Shown one piece after another: positions 22,888 to 24,000 of a DNA stretch of 24,000 nt. A program made the translations under genes and the position numbers. The stretch covers positions 4,152-28,151 of the forward strand of contig NZ_JAJEQR010000014.1 of assembly GCF_020687485.1 (NCBI RefSeq), written 5' to 3'. This DNA is from Hominifimenecus microfluidus (GTDB lineage: Bacteria > Bacillota > Clostridia > Lachnospirales > Lachnospiraceae). A model generated the notes under the pieces. That model did no database searches. It was not told the DNA's origin and saw nothing but the letters and a program-made list of their open reading frames with translations. Positions within the stretch are counted from its first letter, which is position 1, and every line of letters starts with the position of its first letter.

Positions 22888-23652
22888 ATGGATACTACTA
22901 TTTTTCAGAAATTCTATGAAGAAAAAACAGCGTTAATCAATCCCACAGATTGTACAAAGCCCATTGATAATTTCCCCGAAGTATGTATTTCCACATTTTC
23001 CAAAAACATTATTGATAAATTTATCTCTTTGAACTCCGTTCAAAAAATTGCAGAATTATATACAGCAAATGGAGTAAATCCGGTATATAAAATCAATTAT
23101 AAAGGAAAAGAAATAGCTTTTTATTTATCATTAGTTGGTGCGTCTGCTTGTGTATCTGGCTTAGAGGAAATTATTGCATTAGGAGCAAAAAAAATTATTC
23201 TTTTTGGAAGTTGTGGTATTTTAAATGATTCCGTGAAAGATAAAATCATTATCCCCACCTCTGCGGTTAGAGATGAGGGAACAAGCTATCACTATATTCC
23301 TGCAAATCAGGAATTATCAGTAAACCCAGAATACATAAATACATTAATTTCATGTTTAGACAAGTATAACTGCCCTTATATAACAGGAAAAAGTTGGACT
23401 ACTGATGGAATATATAGAGAAACTTTAGGTATTATCAATGACCGAAAAGCTCAAGGCTGTATTACTGTTGAATTAGAATTTTCAGCAGCTTTAGCTGTTT
23501 GTACATTTAGGAATATTCCTTTTCTTCAATTTTTATATGGAGCTGATTGTTTAGATAATGATACTTGGGATATTAGAGATTTGTGTGAATATGGGCTAAG
23601 TAAAGCAGAAAAACTTATGTTCCTAGCCTTAGAATGTGGCATCGCTTTATAA
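22888..23652 (+). CDS. Nucleoside phosphorylase family protein (PNP_UDP_1, uridine-phosphorylase-like), 254 aa
   Basis: GASACVSGLEEIIALGAKKIILFGSCG..., IPTSAVRDEGTSYHY... and TTDGIYRET...VELEFSAL resemble the PNP/UDP phosphorylase fold motifs as recalled. It is probably co-transcribed with the TetR gene. Confidence 0.75.
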   Translation: MDTTIFQKFYEEKTALINPTDCTKPIDNFPEVCISTFSKNIIDKFISLNSVQKIAELYTANGVNPVYKINYKGKEIAFYLSLVGASACVSGLEEIIALGAKKIILFGSCGILNDSVKDKIIIPTSAVRDEGTSYHYIPANQELSVNPEYINTLISCLDKYNCPYITGKSWTTDGIYRETLGIINDRKAQGCITVELEFSAALAVCTFRNIPFLQFLYGADCLDNDTWDIRDLCEYGLSKAEKLMFLALECGIAL

Positions 23653-23704
23653 ATAACACTCTTTCAATTCTATTTTCAGCTATTCCATAAGGCAGGTGAT
23701 TTTT

Positions 23705-23881
23705 ATGGCAGAACAACAAATATGGGTACTTTGTCCTGTCTGTAACAACAAGACACGAACTAAAATACGCAAAGACACGGAACTGGTAAATTTCCCTCTC
23801 TTTTGTCCAAAATGCAAAAAAGAAAATTTAGTGACAATAAAAAACGGAATTACAACCATTATCAAAGAGCCAGACGCTTAG
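23705..23881 (+). CDS. Cysteine-rich KTR-domain small protein (as found downstream of tet(M) in Tn916-like elements)
   Basis: MAEQQIWVLCPVCNNKTRTKIRKDTELVNFPLFCPKCKKENLVTIKNG..EPDA has two CxxC pairs and a KTR motif. The start at 23705 follows GGCAGGTGA. Confidence 0.8.
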   Translation: MAEQQIWVLCPVCNNKTRTKIRKDTELVNFPLFCPKCKKENLVTIKNGITTIIKEPDA

Positions 23882-23886
23882 ACGCA

Positions 23887-23936
23887 GAGCCGATAATTTA
23901 TAAGCTATACAGCTTATAGACTATCGGCTCATTTTA
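23887..23936 (+). terminator. Long hairpin terminator
   Basis: The outer stem is GAGCCGATA (23887-23895) / TATCGGCTC (23922-23930). The inner stem is TATAAGCT/AGCTTATA. ATTTTAATTT follows. Confidence 0.6.
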
Positions 23937-24000
23937 ATTTCAATCTTATTCTTGCAGGCAATAGAAGTTATTTATCTTCCATTTCCTTGTATTTGACAAT

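Larger units (their letters stand above)
9287..24000 (+). mobile_element. Tn916-family integrative conjugative element: conjugation module plus accessory slot (partial; ends not defined, continues past the right edge)
   Basis: Gene content is colinear with Tn916 orf23-orf13, followed by an accessory region and the KTR small protein. The left boundary lies somewhere in 8343-9440 and cannot be placed by eye. Confidence 0.7.

Noticed and set aside
1-24000. Searched by eye for CRISPR arrays, tRNA/rRNA genes, IS elements with terminal inverted repeats, and group II introns (known in some Tn916 relatives).
   Set aside because: No regularly spaced repeats, cloverleaf-capable segments, transposase ORFs or intron domain V/VI-like structures were recognised. 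By-eye scanning could miss short or degenerate elements.

Overview
The window looks like a mosaic of mobile-element DNA from a Firmicutes (Clostridia-like) genome. All calls come from reading the sequence and from recalled protein families; no searches were run.

Layout, left to right:
1. 1-~1000: a low-GC fragment with a lipoprotein-like gene start, a small XRE-type HTH regulator with palindromic operators, and a sigma-70 region-4 protein.
2. ~1000-7180: a higher-GC remnant of a second conjugative element. It holds a 5'-truncated topoisomerase III C-terminal fragment and a small conserved ORF. Its cargo is a LanFEG-type lantibiotic-protection ABC transporter, an unknown lipoprotein, and an OmpR-type response regulator with its histidine kinase. 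No lantibiotic biosynthesis genes are present.
3. ~7180: a junction where a truncated sigma-like gene and a tyrosine integrase lacking its catalytic half abut. Two to three Xis-like HTH genes follow on the minus strand.
4. 8343-9440: about 1.1 kb of ORF-poor control DNA with a strong minus-strand promoter, a 21-codon sORF and terminators.
5. 9441-22215: a nearly complete Tn916-family conjugation module (equivalents of orf23, 22, 21, 20, 19, 18, 17, 16, 15, 14 and 13) with an oriT-like inverted-repeat cluster.

The conjugation module departs from canonical Tn916 in three places. An AT-rich, self-promoted gene for a 2-TM SieB-like protein sits between the orf19 and ardA equivalents. ardA is present as two divergent tandem paralogs. 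The tet(M) slot holds an AT-rich TetR regulator plus a nucleoside-phosphorylase-family enzyme, followed by the cysteine-rich KTR small protein.

No rRNA, tRNA or CRISPR array was seen. Element ends (att sites) could not be defined from this window.
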